The notes under the pieces are model-generated. The model did not search any database. It saw only the letters and a program-made list of their open reading frames with translations, and was not told the DNA's origin. The translations under genes and the position numbers were made by a program. A stretch of DNA of 64,000 nt from positions 310,001 to 374,000 of the forward strand of contig OZ024746.1 in the NCBI GenBank assembly GCA_964016885.1, read 5' to 3'. This document shows positions 44,513 to 57,850 of this stretch, piece by piece; within the stretch, counting starts at the first letter, position 1; every line of letters starts with the position of its first letter. This stretch comes from Eledone cirrhosa (taxonomy: Eukaryota).

Positions 44513-45737
44513 CATAGCAACGAACGTATACTACAAGATTAGTAACTAACATATATACTAAATTATTAACACATAATTTGGTAACCAACACACATTGTCA
44601 TGTATTACAAGAGAATCAGCCCTCGCTATGTAAACAGACGTTAATATATGTAATTTTTAAACATTTGTAATTAGTAATATAAATAATAAAAAAAAAACGT
44701 TCCATGAAACAGGAAGTTTTTTTAAGTGCACTACGAATACCTTGTGTATATACACATACACACACACATTATATATATGTATATATATATTCATTTTATT
44801 AAGGCTAGAAAGTGAGTCTTGTTACTCTGGGGTTTCGCCTGTTTATCAGAGGGTCAATGAATATTAAAACTCTTATACACACGTCTATATTAATAATGTT
44901 GAAATCCCCAAATCGACTCAGTACACATATCGTGATAGCGAATCAATTAATCTTGAGGAATAAACCAGGTTTATGTGTCTTGAAAGCAATAACTACAGAC
45001 CAAACATTGATTTCAATCTTGGCTAAACATTAAATATTTCATTATTACAAACCAACAAAATCTGGAGACACGAGTTCAATTCAAGGGAGACGAAATAAGT
45101 CCCAGATCAGATGAGATATATAAAAATGAATTGAGGCATTGATTGTAGAAAAAACACTGTAGCTAGAAACGACAGCTAAATCTTCCTCAAATCACACCAT
45201 ACCTTCTTGAAAGGATATATTAGATAAGGTAGTCCTTTGGTATAGTTATAGTAAATAAAGGTGTAAATAATCACGACTGGAGCCGCTTAGATTACAGATG
45301 AGATGTTTGATCAGGTGTTACTTGGGGCGAAATATCAATTAAAGACACACAAGTTCAAATAAAGCTAATGAAACTTTGAACTGATAGTAACTAAGGTGAA
45401 TATATTTATTACTGAGAAGGATCCTCTTATAAATTTGGATCCATTTTACAAGGTTGAAAAGTCCAGATTTAGACGGAACAGAGAAACGAGAAATGAAATT
45501 TGTGTAAATTCTCAAAAAGAAAAACATTTAACTAATACCAATAAAGGAGTTTCTACTTTAGTTTACATGTGAATTAATTATTTAATTAGTAATTTTGGAG
45601 ATAGAGGGAGGATCCGAAGAAATGTTATAGAAGAATTGACCAAGATAAATAAGAAATCAAGGTGACTCAAGCTTGTTTTATTATCATTTGTAGAATTGAA
45701 CATGATATAACTACTTAATACTACCTTCCTTATTAGG

Positions 45738-45770
<33 letters not shown>

Positions 45771-46248
45771 AACAATATTTGTAGGTGTGAAAAGGAAAAC
45801 AGTACTTAATCGTGAGGGTAGCAGAAATATATTTATGTTCATATACGGAATAAAAGGGATACCCAAGGTTTCAAGGCCCAAATTTTGACCGTACCTCCAG
45901 AATACAAGAGGGATCAGATTTGTGACCTTTCTTTAGGCGCTTATACGAGTTTCATATATATGTGTGTCCGTGTCCCGGGTTCAATCGGGGGTAACAACAG
46001 TAAGGTACTCAATACATTAGTAGAGTGTAAACATTAGGTTTACTATAGAAATAGCTTCCACAGGACTAGAACTGTTTCATTCAAAATAAATTATCAGGAA
46101 AGCCCTTTCTATATTAAACTTTATATATATATAGTCATTAGCATTGGGGCTCGTGTTCACAGCTGATTCCACGACGAGCTCTATAGAAATATGTGTTGGG
46201 GTATAAATTTGAAAGACAAAAACATTAGAGAAGACTTAGTGATATATA

Positions 46249-46294
<46 letters not shown>

Positions 46295-46552
46295 TTTGTA
46301 TTTCGACGAAAGCCAATTCCCAGCAACACAGCAGCGACCGCTATATTACCTACAATGATTAGAGAAAGCAGCTAGTGTTATAGTAAAAATAACAACGCTG
46401 CTACACCATGTAAAAAAAAGAAGACAGGGTTTGCATGTCTTCTTTTTACCGTGTCGGGCAGGGAGGGGAAAAATAAGAGAGAGTGAGAGAGGAGAGAAGA
46501 AAAAAATCATATATCGATATATGTATATACATACAAATCTTTCACGACATAC

Positions 46553-46720
46553 CTTCGGAGTCGATTCGTTCCTGTTAAGTCTGTCCGCATCGAGAGCGAT
46601 GTTGCCAGAATAACAAGTCCCAATATGGCGAATCGAGTGCGTTCCAGGGTAATGTCTGGTAGCGGCAAATAAAACCTCACTCATAACTTTCCTCTTACTT
46701 CGCGGGGGGGCTCCCGCCAT
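46553..46720 (-). other. INO80: Probable INO80 first (5' leader) exon; 5' boundary approximate
   Basis: CpG-richer, repeat-free block ending in a strong donor AAG|GTATGT at 46553/46552. The first coding exon has an acceptor 11 nt upstream of its ATG, so an upstream exon is required. Confidence 0.6.
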
Positions 46721-47880
46721 TATTCGTGTCGACGGAAAACGACGATAATACTCCGTTATTCTTACAATTAATAATTATATTTTATTTATTTTTCATTCTT
46801 TACTATTTCATAATTACTAGAATAATAGGTAAATGGATAATAATTACAATTTTTTATCAAATTTTTAGCAACTTCAATTTTAAATATTTGTAATGTAAAT
46901 ATAATAATTTCCCGCCATATAATTTTTTTATTTGTCTTATATAATAAAATGTCTTTAGAATTAAAAAGAAAGTATAAAATACTTTATACTTTTAAAATAA
47001 TTGAAAATCTATATAAACAGTGCGGCACTTAATATCAACTACAGACTTTAAATACATAAATAAAAGCAAAGGAAAAAATAAAGACAAGCTAATTTTTTTC
47101 ATAAGATGCATGTAAACAATTTTGAAAACATAACAAGCTTCTACAATAATAATATATTATTTTTTAGGGGTGGGAGGGTGTAATATAAATCCCGCGGTGA
47201 TCATGAGTGATGGTGCGACACTATACACTCACACATATGAATAATTAGAATTTATTTTAAAAACATCTCTAATAATTTTTATGACATCAGTTTTAAATAA
47301 TTAGGACAATTTTATTACAAAAATAAAAATTTACTATAAAATAAAAATATTCCTAATATTAACTCCCTAATCGAATACGACACCGGAAGTGAATAATGAT
47401 ATGAATGAACAAATAAATTTAACGAGAAAAAAATTATAAGAAAAAATGTTTCGACATATTCGAAAATTTCGGATAAAATAAATGAGTTTTATATTCATTA
47501 GTTAAAATATAAAAAAAAACATATATATATATTCAAAATTAAGAAACGTCTTTGAGCCCGTGCAGCAATAAAATTGTCCCCACATATGAAATCCCAACAA
47601 TAATACGTATATATACATATATACACATATGTGAGTGTATATATATATTTTTATATATACACATACATCCATGTGAAAATATATATATATCTCCACACAT
47701 ATACATTGAGCGGTATACGTGTATATGTCTTTACATACACAAACATATCAACGTATAGATACATATATACACAGTGTATGTAGAGATAAGACGTCTTTTA
47801 GGTGAAACTTTCATCAAGGCCGGTTCTTCTAATATTTCCCTTCATTTGCCGGTCATTATTTCTATTGTTTAATGTGAAAT
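46700..47880. promoter_or_regulatory. Probable bidirectional promoter region between INO80 and the SR gene
   Basis: Divergent genes, no recognisable transposons. CCGCCAT (YY1-like) at 46714 and 46912, TTTCCCGCC (E2F-like) at 46908, ACCGGAAGTG (ETS) at 47382, plus-strand donor gtaagt at 47881. Confidence 0.5.
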
Positions 47881-49940
47881 GTAAGTATTTTAATTATTTA
47901 TAATTTATTTCACCTTTTAAGACAACGTAATGGGAAGAAATACAGAAATATTAACACAACTTTATTTCTTCATATATTTTTATCTCAAAGAAACAAATAT
48001 TTATTAATAAATAATTTATAAAATTACAAAACAAATTATTTAATATTTTAATGTTAATTTTTCTGAATAATTAGACAAAAAAAAATTACAATAGTTAAAC
48101 AATTTTATTTTCTCCCCAGAGATGAATTTTAATTACTTTTAATCTTTATATGAAATTTAAAATATTGACAAAAATGTTGAGAAAAATATTTCTTTGGTTG
48201 AAAAATAAAAGTTTAACCGGAAAATTATATCCAAGTTTATCAAATATAAATTGGACCCGGAATCTGTGGATTTCTGCTCTGGACATTTATTGTATTAATA
48301 GCTTTTATGGAATTACTTGCATAATTATATATTATAGTTTATATATACACATATATATAATTACTTGCATAATTATATATTATATAATATAGTTTATATA
48401 CACAAATATATAATTACTTGCATAATTATATATTATATAATATAGTTTATATACACACATATATATATACATGTCTCATCCCTGACAGGAAAAAGATAAA
48501 CTTAAGTGAAACAAACTAATATATTAAATATTAGACATGCAATATTGTGTGTATATTAACACATCAAAATTAAAATACACACCTATGACTACACACCTCT
48601 ACAGTTGTAAGTCCTATCATAGCCAAACAACACACCTATATATATATATATATATATATCCCCATTTTACTAAGGTCAACTAAACGTTTGCACTTTTAAT
48701 GTTATATTTCCCTCACGTTGTTGTAATCCAACTAAAATCTGGTTTAATTATGTGTAAAAGTTATGTTTAGTCATGTTTTATCTACAATAAACCTTCATGT
48801 TGAAAAGATGAACAACGATGGTATTTACCTTCCAATCTAATCTACCTTTATTTTCTTTATCAAAGATAATTTTTACATATTTATCTATTTAGCTAGAATT
48901 TATTTTAATATTTGTATTCAGTAAATTAAAAAATTTTTTAGAAATTATTGTAGAATAATCCCCCCTCCCCCAGTTTTCCCGCTTGCTGCATTTCTTTTGT
49001 TTAAATCCCGCCACCGACCTCTTCCACCTTAATAAATATATTATTTAATTAATTATAATATAAATATATATATTTATAGTAATATTTTATTTTAAAGACC
49101 CTTTTCTATGATGTATGTAATAATGATAGTGTTTTGTTGTCGTGTAATCATTGTTTGGCTTCACAAGGTTCTTGTTTTTAAATAGAAAATAACTTGTGTA
49201 AAGAAAACATCTTTGTTGGGTGTTTTTAGTGTTAATTAGAGAGGCCTGGCCATCTGTTTAATTAATTGTATTGTTTATTTAACTAAAGTGAAGTTGGAGA
49301 AAAATATTTGAATCTAAGGACATGTGTAGTGTATTAAAATAAATTAACGATATTTTCTGTTGTAAATTGCCGCCTCCTTCGTCACTTTTTAAATTGATGA
49401 CCTAAAAAAAGGCAGCATGCTGTGTTGACCCCATTATGCTGAGTAATGGCGTGATTCCTTTAACACATGCTCTATACAACCATAGAATGGATTTGGGATA
49501 GAAAATTTATTCAACTCTCAGTGAAGGAATAATTATAAAAATTAAGGATGTGAAATGTTAGTCGTTGTAAAGACGAAATGTAAAAATGGTAAGAATAGAT
49601 TAGGTTTAGTAAGAGAGACCCTTTATTATAATGAAAAAAAAATTGCTGGTATTTGTAGATTTCTGGATTAATTCATCGACTTTTTTAATAGCTGGGAATA
49701 TGGTCGAGTTATTTTATTAAATCTTAGTCTTACCTCTAAGAATGTTTCGTTTCATGTTCAATGTCTTATATTTATTTAATTACAATTAAGCTTTGAAAAA
49801 AAAATTGCTAATTAGTCGATGTTTATAATTAATTGGACTTGTGCTATAATTCACGACTAACTATGTGTGGTTTTTTCCCCTCCTTATCCCATCTAAAGTG
49901 TATGGATCATTTTCTCAGTGTTTTTTGGTTTTCTGTCTAG

Positions 49941-50208
49941 GCACAAGTGAGTTTACCACCAGTAACTACTACTAAAGTCGGTGTAGATACCAGCCGCCAC
50001 GTGTGACATCCTCTCTACTACTACTTCTACTATCACCACAGAGTATTATATCTCCTCAGACTCCATAGTATCAACCGATTTAACGATACTCCAATAAAAT
50101 AGTGAAGAAGTGTGACTAACGAGATACACGCTTATCTCCATTATCTTGATTCAACGAGTTTCCTTGTGTCTCTACCAAACTGCAATGGACGACGTGGCTA
50201 CATCGCGT
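49941..50208 (+). other. SRSF4/5/6: Probable upstream exon of the SR gene (5' UTR, with in-frame ATG at 50185 encoding MDDVATSR)
   Basis: T-rich tract plus tag ending 49940; donor gtgagt at 50209; the only ATG I find in the exon is in frame with the next exon. Confidence 0.6.
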
Positions 50209-50357
50209 GTGAGTAAATTTTTAGCTGATAAAATAGCTGGATTCTTTACTAATTTTTTTTTTCTTGTCTTGTGTAGCTTTTTACGATCTCTTCCCCACCC
50301 CCTAAAAATTCTATCTATTTATCAATAATATATATATATCAACGTTTGCTTTTTCAG

Positions 50358-50480
50358 ATGGGGACTCGGGTATATATTGGTCGTTTGTCTTACCACGCCA
50401 GAGAAAAAGATGTAGAGAGGTTTTTCCGCGGATTTGGAAGAATCAGGGACATTATGCTGAAAAATGGCTATGGATTTGTT
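50358..50480 (+). CDS. SRSF4/5/6: SR gene coding exon ([12 protein letters not shown]...KNGYGFV)
   Basis: ttttcag|ATG acceptor, gtaagt donor; RNP2 and start of RNP1. Confidence 0.95.
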
Positions 50481-53400
50481 GTAAGTCCATTGTCCCAACT
50501 TTTGGCCATAAAAAACATTACTTTTGTCATTTTAAAGCATTCTTTAACAATTATTTTATGTAAACAATTACATGACTTAATCCTTTTTATAAGCTATTGT
50601 TTATTTTATTTGAAACTTGGCATGATCTGTATTCACCTTTTTCTTTAGGAATTTGAAGACTATAGGGATGCTGATGATGCCGTGTATGAGTTAAATGGTA
50701 AAGAATTATGTGGTGAGAGGTAAGTTAAGCTTTCATTAAAACATTCTAGTTTCCTCTAAAAAAATCTCTATTCCTATCTCTTAAATCCGGTAAATATTTC
50801 TTCCAATAAGTCAATATTAGTTTTCTGCATAGACATAATACATCTATAGTATAGTTGGTATATTAAATTGCACACTCTTTGCCTGGTTTAATGCCTTCTG
50901 GTGGAGTAAGATTATTGGTGAGATTTATGCATTGCCATCGTTTCTGTTTTTATTGCTGAATCTAAATATTGCAAATCAAGTGTAGAATGAGAATAAGGCA
51001 CATTAGGAGGCTATTGACTTGAAATTTAACAGTATTAGGGTAAGTATACTTCACACTAGGAAGATGTTTGTCTGGCTGGAGAATAACACAAGAGTTTCGT
51101 GGTTTTGGTGGAAAAGATTTTTAGAAGATGAATATATCAAACTTATCTTATTGACAATATATATGTGTGTATGCTGTATAATTAGACAGCCTCCCTATTG
51201 ATGATCTACACAGTAAACACACACTGGTACAGTTGTTGGTAAAAGAAAGCTTGCCAATCAAAGGGTTGTGAGGACCCTGCAGTTGTCAAAGACATGACAA
51301 CCTCTCCTATGCATTTGATAGAATGAGATGCAGACTTCTGGCCAGTCTAAGGGGTTAGTAGCCCTGCTAAAATATTGACTCGGTCCATGTAAATCCAGCT
51401 AACTGTTGCTAGCAGGGAAAGTGGACATGAAAACTGATGGTCTGTATGTATAAATGTGTAAATCTTGAGTGCTAGGTGTATCTGGCATCAGTGAGGTTAC
51501 TAAAATGATGCCAAGATCATCTAGCTGTAAAACTACAGAAAGGACCCCATTGTGAGTATGAAGCCCATCATGGGTCTTGCATGGCTAACCCTTTGTCTAT
51601 ATTTAACAGGAAAAATGGGTGAACATAAGAAGGATGGTTTGGTGTGTAAGTAATATTTGTGGCAGGTTGAATATTAAAATAATTTTCTTTAGTAATATTT
51701 TTTTTTTATTCATGTATTCCAAAACTGATCTCTTTTTCCAGAGTGATTGTGGAACATGCTCGTGGCTTACCTAGAAGTGAGGAAAGTTGGCGTGATAGAG
51801 ACAGGGGTTCCCGCTTTCCACCCCGACGCCGAGGAGGTAGAGACAAGTGAGGATATCATTTTTTTAGTTTTTTGCTTAATATTTCGAAACAGTTGAAATG
51901 TTCAGCTTTCTTTAGTATAATGTTAATATTAGCTTTAACCCTTTAGTGTTCAAATCGCCCGAAACCACAATATAAATCGTTCTAAAAATAAACAAACCAT
52001 CATCAAAATTTCGTCAATTCGAGACTGCTGCGAGATTTGGCCCTTACCGCGAAAATTAACACTTAATATAGTGGAACAACTTAAAGCGTGTATTTTTAAC
52101 GTTGAAAGTAGAACAGATTTTTTGTGTATCAACATGGATTGTGAAAGTAGCGATACCGACTGAAGTTTTTACACACAACGTCATTCAGAATAAACAAGAA
52201 ACAAACGATAATATTAGTGATTTATCTTCAAATGAATCTGATGTTTATGTTTCTGAAATTTCGTCCGACGTTGATTGTTGTTTTGAAAGTGAAAACGGAG
52301 ATCTCCAGGGCGCCATTGAAAATATTACAGCAACGTGGCTGAAAAATACCACACTAATATATGTTCCCGATTTTATTCAAAATACTGGTCCACAACACAC
52401 ATTAGCTCCTGTTGTAAAGCATTGGATTATTTCTTTTTGTTTTTACCACAAACTTTCTTCGAAGTTGTGGAAGAGACTAATCGATATGCCCAACAAGATT
52501 TCAAATCCAGGAAAACCCGATCTGTTTGGCGACCGACAGATGCTGCGGAAATGCAAGCATTTTTTACCGTAAATATTATGTTCGGTATAAAACAATTTCC
52601 AAGACGGAATTACTGGAACACTGGTATAAGGTTTAGTGATCCTTATATATGTATTATGCCGAAAACAATGTATTTAAAATTAAACCAGTATTTGCACCTG
52701 GTTGATACTTCAAATGTCCCTATTAATTAATTTCACCTGCCCATAAAAGTCAAATTTGACCAAAAAAATCAGGTAAAATTATATAATTGTAAATTATTGA
52801 TATTTAAACATCTGACAAAATTTCAAGACTGCACATAGAAAATTACAAACAAATAAAATTGATAACCGTCTTGAGTACGATTAACTCAAAATAATGTGAA
52901 CAGATAATCATGACATTTGAAAATTAATGCGAATGATAAAGGGTTAACTGTCTTATAGCCATTGTAAACACCATAGTTGTTTTATTAACTCCTATTAACC
53001 ATCTTATTTTAGTTATTTTAGTAATAAATATTCTATAGTGATATTATTGAATTCTAGTTCAGAAGAGATATTTAAACACTGCCCAAACCTAGGTACCTGT
53101 CACCCTTTCCCCCTCTGTATTGCATGGCCTGCTCCTGCCCTTCCCTCTTTTATTATTTATATAATTATGAAAGCTGAAATTAATTTCTGTTTTTTATATA
53201 TATATATATATACTAGCATTAAAGCTCGGCGTTGCTCGGGGTCATTAAGTTACCAAAGTTAGGTTGCACCATAGATTTTAGACAAGGTGGGATGTCGTTT
53301 CCAGGATAGGTTTTGCACTCTCATTAAGAGGCGGGTATATGTGCCATCCAATCTCCGCTCAAGTTGTGATGTTAGTGTTCAAGTTTCGGATCCATAAAGT

Positions 53401-56400
53401 AATATGGGCTTAATGGTTGCTTGGAATATTTCCAGTTTTAGCTTGTTGAGATGTGCGTGTCATTGCACGATGACCATGCCATACCCTTCCTGGTTAGAAA
53501 ATCTTTTTTGGAGGAGATATATGAGCCAAGATACTTGTAATCTTCCACCTGCTTAAGGGTGGTACCATTAAGGGTTCTGATGGGGTAGTTTGGGCTGTTT
53601 GCGCATCTGTTCACATACTCGGTCTTGGATTCGTTGAGCTCAATTTGCTGGCCACTGTCACTGTGCCAGCAATGAAGTCATATCCGCTCTCTTGCTCTGG
53701 AACTCTGACTCCAGCCTGACTAGGAGTAGGAAGCTGTCATTCCCTGACGTTATCTCTAGGGATACGGGAATCAGTAGACAGGACCTGGGGGACGGAATTC
53801 TGGAGCATGAGGGCGAGATCCATCATCTTGACAGTAGTCGACGAATGATGAGGTTGCACCACCCATTTTATGGCAGCACTTTTTTGTCTGCCAGGCACTG
53901 GGTGAATGAATTGCAGACCTGGAAGCAGGAGCTGCGCCAGCAGTGACAATTGTAGTTTCGCCTATGGATATTACCTCTGTGCAAAAAAGTGTTGAAATTT
54001 ATTTCACAGTACTTGCGCAACACGCGCGTAGACGATGCCAGCCGAACAACAGAGCTGCGATGGAGTTGTTCTGCATGGTTGTCTGTGTGTTTTCTAAATT
54101 TAAGACAGTAGGGAGAGTTAGCTGTTGTTTCTAGCAGGTTTAGTGACCTCATAGAGGATATGTTTTCTAAATTTAAGACAGTAGGGAGTGGTGTGATATG
54201 GGGGAGAGTTAGCTGCTGTTTCTAGCAGGTTTAGTGACCTCATAGAAGATATGTTTTCTAAATTTAAGACAGTAGGGAGGGGTGTGATATGGGGGAGAGT
54301 TAGCTGTTGTTTCTAGCAGGTTTAGTGACCTCATTGAGGATATTGTTTATCATTATCTATAAAAGGCAGATTGTTGTTGTTGAAGTGAGTGTGTTCGTAT
54401 GCGTTTGGAAAAGAGGTTTTAAAAAAGATTTATCGCTTGTTGAATAAATGTATCTGTTGCTTTTGAATAATTGTCGTTTCGTATGAAATGTAATAATTTC
54501 TACTTTTTTGGCACAAGGCCAGCAATTACCCAGTACATTACTGGTACTTTATGTAATAATAAACGTTCTCTCTCTCTCTCTTCGGCAATCCCGCACGTTG
54601 TTTAATTGCTTTAAATTTTTTTTGATCAATTTATGTGAGTGTGTGTTTGTATGTGCTTGTAAATAAATCAGTAAGTTTGAAGTATAAAAGAGAAAGTAGC
54701 AAAATGTGTGGGTTGTAGATAGAGGAAAGCAGATGATATGAGAGTAAAACGGGCAGTATCACCATCAAGCTTGGAAAGAGAAAGTAGCAGAAAGTATGAA
54801 GTTGTATAGATTTTGAATGGTAATGGATAGAGTTTAGCAGTTTAAATGAGAGAAAAATCGTAAAATATTGAGTTTTATCTATTTTTTGCGCAATTGTGGG
54901 TGAAATTGAAAAAATTATATGTGCCAAGACGCAATCGAAGCTATTTCGAATACTGAATTGTAAATTTCAATTGAAGAAATTCTATAACAAAGGAGTATGT
55001 CCATACACTGAGTTTTATAGATTATGATAATTGTGTAGATTGTAATGTTTGATCTTCTTGGGTAAAAATTATGAATTTAAGGGGGTTTTTTTTTTTGGTT
55101 TTTTTTTTTGTAATGAAAGACCAACATGCACACTTTTGTAAGTGGACTTAGGGAACTTAAATTTGAAGCATGATAGCTCTGACCTTGATGAGAAAATCAA
55201 ACTTTGAGAAATAAAGTTTTCTGGTTAGACAAATCCATTGTTGTCAACTAGGGTTGACTACAGATTGCCATCTATAGGATCAGAACCTCCTCTACAATAG
55301 TGAATCTAAACTTTATTTAAATTTCTGAATATGAAACTCTCATAAAATTTTAGATTTGTTGTGTTTCTAAATTCATAGCAGGTATGGGCCTCCCACAAGG
55401 ACTGAGTTCAGACTTATAGTCGAAAATTTATCATCAAGAGTTAGTTGGCAGGTATGTATAAATTTGGTTAATTTGTAATTCTCTGTATTTTCTTTGACAG
55501 CGACACACTTTTAATGTTTTTGCTAAACTGGGTTTGACAGACTGTTTAGTAATTTACAAGTTTTTAATTTATCTGATTACTATCTGCTCTTACCTAGTTT
55601 GGCAGAATTATGTAAAAAAAATATCTTAACGCTTCTGTAAATATTTTATTTTAAAATTGTACTATTTGTTGTTTCCATATTTGTTGTAAATTGATATTGT
55701 GTTAGGAAGATGCATGTTTTAAGGTAGAAACTGCATAGTACTTGATTTTTTTTTTTTTATTATTTTTTTTTTTTTGATAATTTACATCAAATTGCTTTGT
55801 TAAAAAGGGGACGACTTTGTGGGAAGGGTTTAAAACTGCTATCGTAACTCTTCCCTTCCCTCCCTCCCTCTCCTCTACCAACAACTGATCAAAATGGATT
55901 TGCAACTTGTATTGAGAGGACTTAATCTGCAGATTGATTTGACTCCAGTTGTGACTACCAGAAAGAGGATTCCTTGTGAAGATGGAACAACCAGTGTTCA
56001 TGGCAAATGTCCCAGAAAAGGAAAGGATAAAAGAAACAACTAACTACCTTGTCGTCCCTTTTCTCCTTTACTTTGGGCATTTTTTGGGTGTGGAATATGT
56101 AGTTATAATTATGTTTACCTACTCCCCTAGATTGTTTTGTATCTTATGTGGGCCCACTATAAATATTGATTCCAAATTGAGTTTCTGCTTGATATTTAAC
56201 TTTCAAGCAAAATTTTTCAATTTGTTTTCACGTTGGTGGTGTTAATCTTTTAAAGTAAAGACCACCATTACACTTGGTGTTCACATCACAATGGTTTTAA
56301 TTTAATCTCGCTTTGTTTTAGTGTTGATTATATTAGAATGTTTATAGTGGGCCCCATTTATGTTTTTCTACAGAATCCCTAATATTTTGATACTGACAGG

Positions 56401-57762
56401 AGATTCTTATATTCCAATGTCTTCATATTACTATTAACGCAACTAAGGTGACTTGTTAATGAGGTATAATTACTAAGGCTTATATTGCTTTAAACTTGGA
56501 ATATTGAATCTCTTGTAATTTTTAATGCTTGTGATGGTTATTACATTATGAATAAAAAGGGGCTTTTAAAGTGTTTGTTTTGTTCTTGCTTTAAAAAGCT
56601 GTAAAATTTAATACATTGGGACCAAATATCCTAACTGCTGGTATCACTTTACATTTACTTGAATATTCAGTGTAACTGTACAGTGATAACAGATTCCTCT
56701 TTCGTTGTGTAAAAGCTGCACGTGGGAGTGAATCTGTTGAATGTGTGCGTGTGTGTCTAATGGATATATTTCCTATTAGATATCATTTTCACTTGAGAAT
56801 TTGATAAAATGGTAAAATAAAAAGTATAGTCAAAACAAATACTGAAAGCCCTTTTTATTAGAAAATGATGTGTACTAATGATGTCATCTGACTTGTAACT
56901 ACTCTTCCTCTCCCCTGAAAGCTTGTACAGATGACAGCCGATGAGACGCTATTTGGGTTGAACTGGCCTGTCCTAATTACTGAGTGCGTGAGGGCAGTGG
57001 TCTCAAAGCAATCAGATGTATCTGGGGTTACACTAAAGTTCTGGCTGGCTGGAGGTTTTCCCTTTCTAACCAACTGAGGGTGGCCTGCCCTCTTCCTACG
57101 TGCTGGCTCCCTTTTGGCTTGGAATAGAACCATCTTACAGAACGTGTTGGCTCCTCCGCTTATTTTGCACTGGTCCACTCTTCCAATTGGTACTTGTTCT
57201 TACTCTGGCTGAAGTCCCACAATGTGGTTGGTCTTCTGGGAAGTCCACTCTCTGAACTGACTGGCTGTGTGGCAGGCGGGTGTCACCGCTTCCTCGGCAG
57301 CTGTGCACAGGCAGTGCAAGCTTGTTACCTCTTACCTCTTCTTTCCCCATCCTGGCTGGATGGGCGCACACAAAGCTGCTTCTCCTTTTGGCAATAGGGT
57401 TGCTCGCATCCATTAGATGTCGCTTGGTCAATCTATCAGGGCTAGTGAATGACGTAGAAACATGGCAATGTACAAGGAGAGGTAATTGTAATCCTCCTCA
57501 TATTTTGTGATCAGTGTTTTTAGTCTATTTTTTACAATTTACTTTATAAAATTTATAAAGCATCTGGCATTAAGTTTTTAAAATTTTTTTTTACATTATT
57601 TAAAGATACTTTATCAAATTTCACTGTTCATCTTTACATTTAATATATTTTTTCTAGAGTAATTTAAATTATTTAAAATTTTAACTTTAATGATAAATAC
57701 TTAGGAGACTTGTTAAAGCAAAATATTAAACATATTTGGTGCACTTAATTTTCAAATTCAGT

Positions 57763-57850
<88 letters not shown>

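Noticed and set aside
46346-46720. Stand-alone 124-aa gene
   Set aside because: A strong donor interrupts it at codon 56 and the rest is low-complexity intron-like sequence; treated as INO80 leader/uORF.
49393-49443. Possible C/D-box snoRNA (TGATGA...CTGA)
   Set aside because: Too short, with no terminal stem or recognisable guide sequence.
52102-52730. Functional or domesticated piggyBac transposase gene
   Set aside because: Frameshifted, lacks the catalytic region, and present as three decaying TIR-bounded copies.
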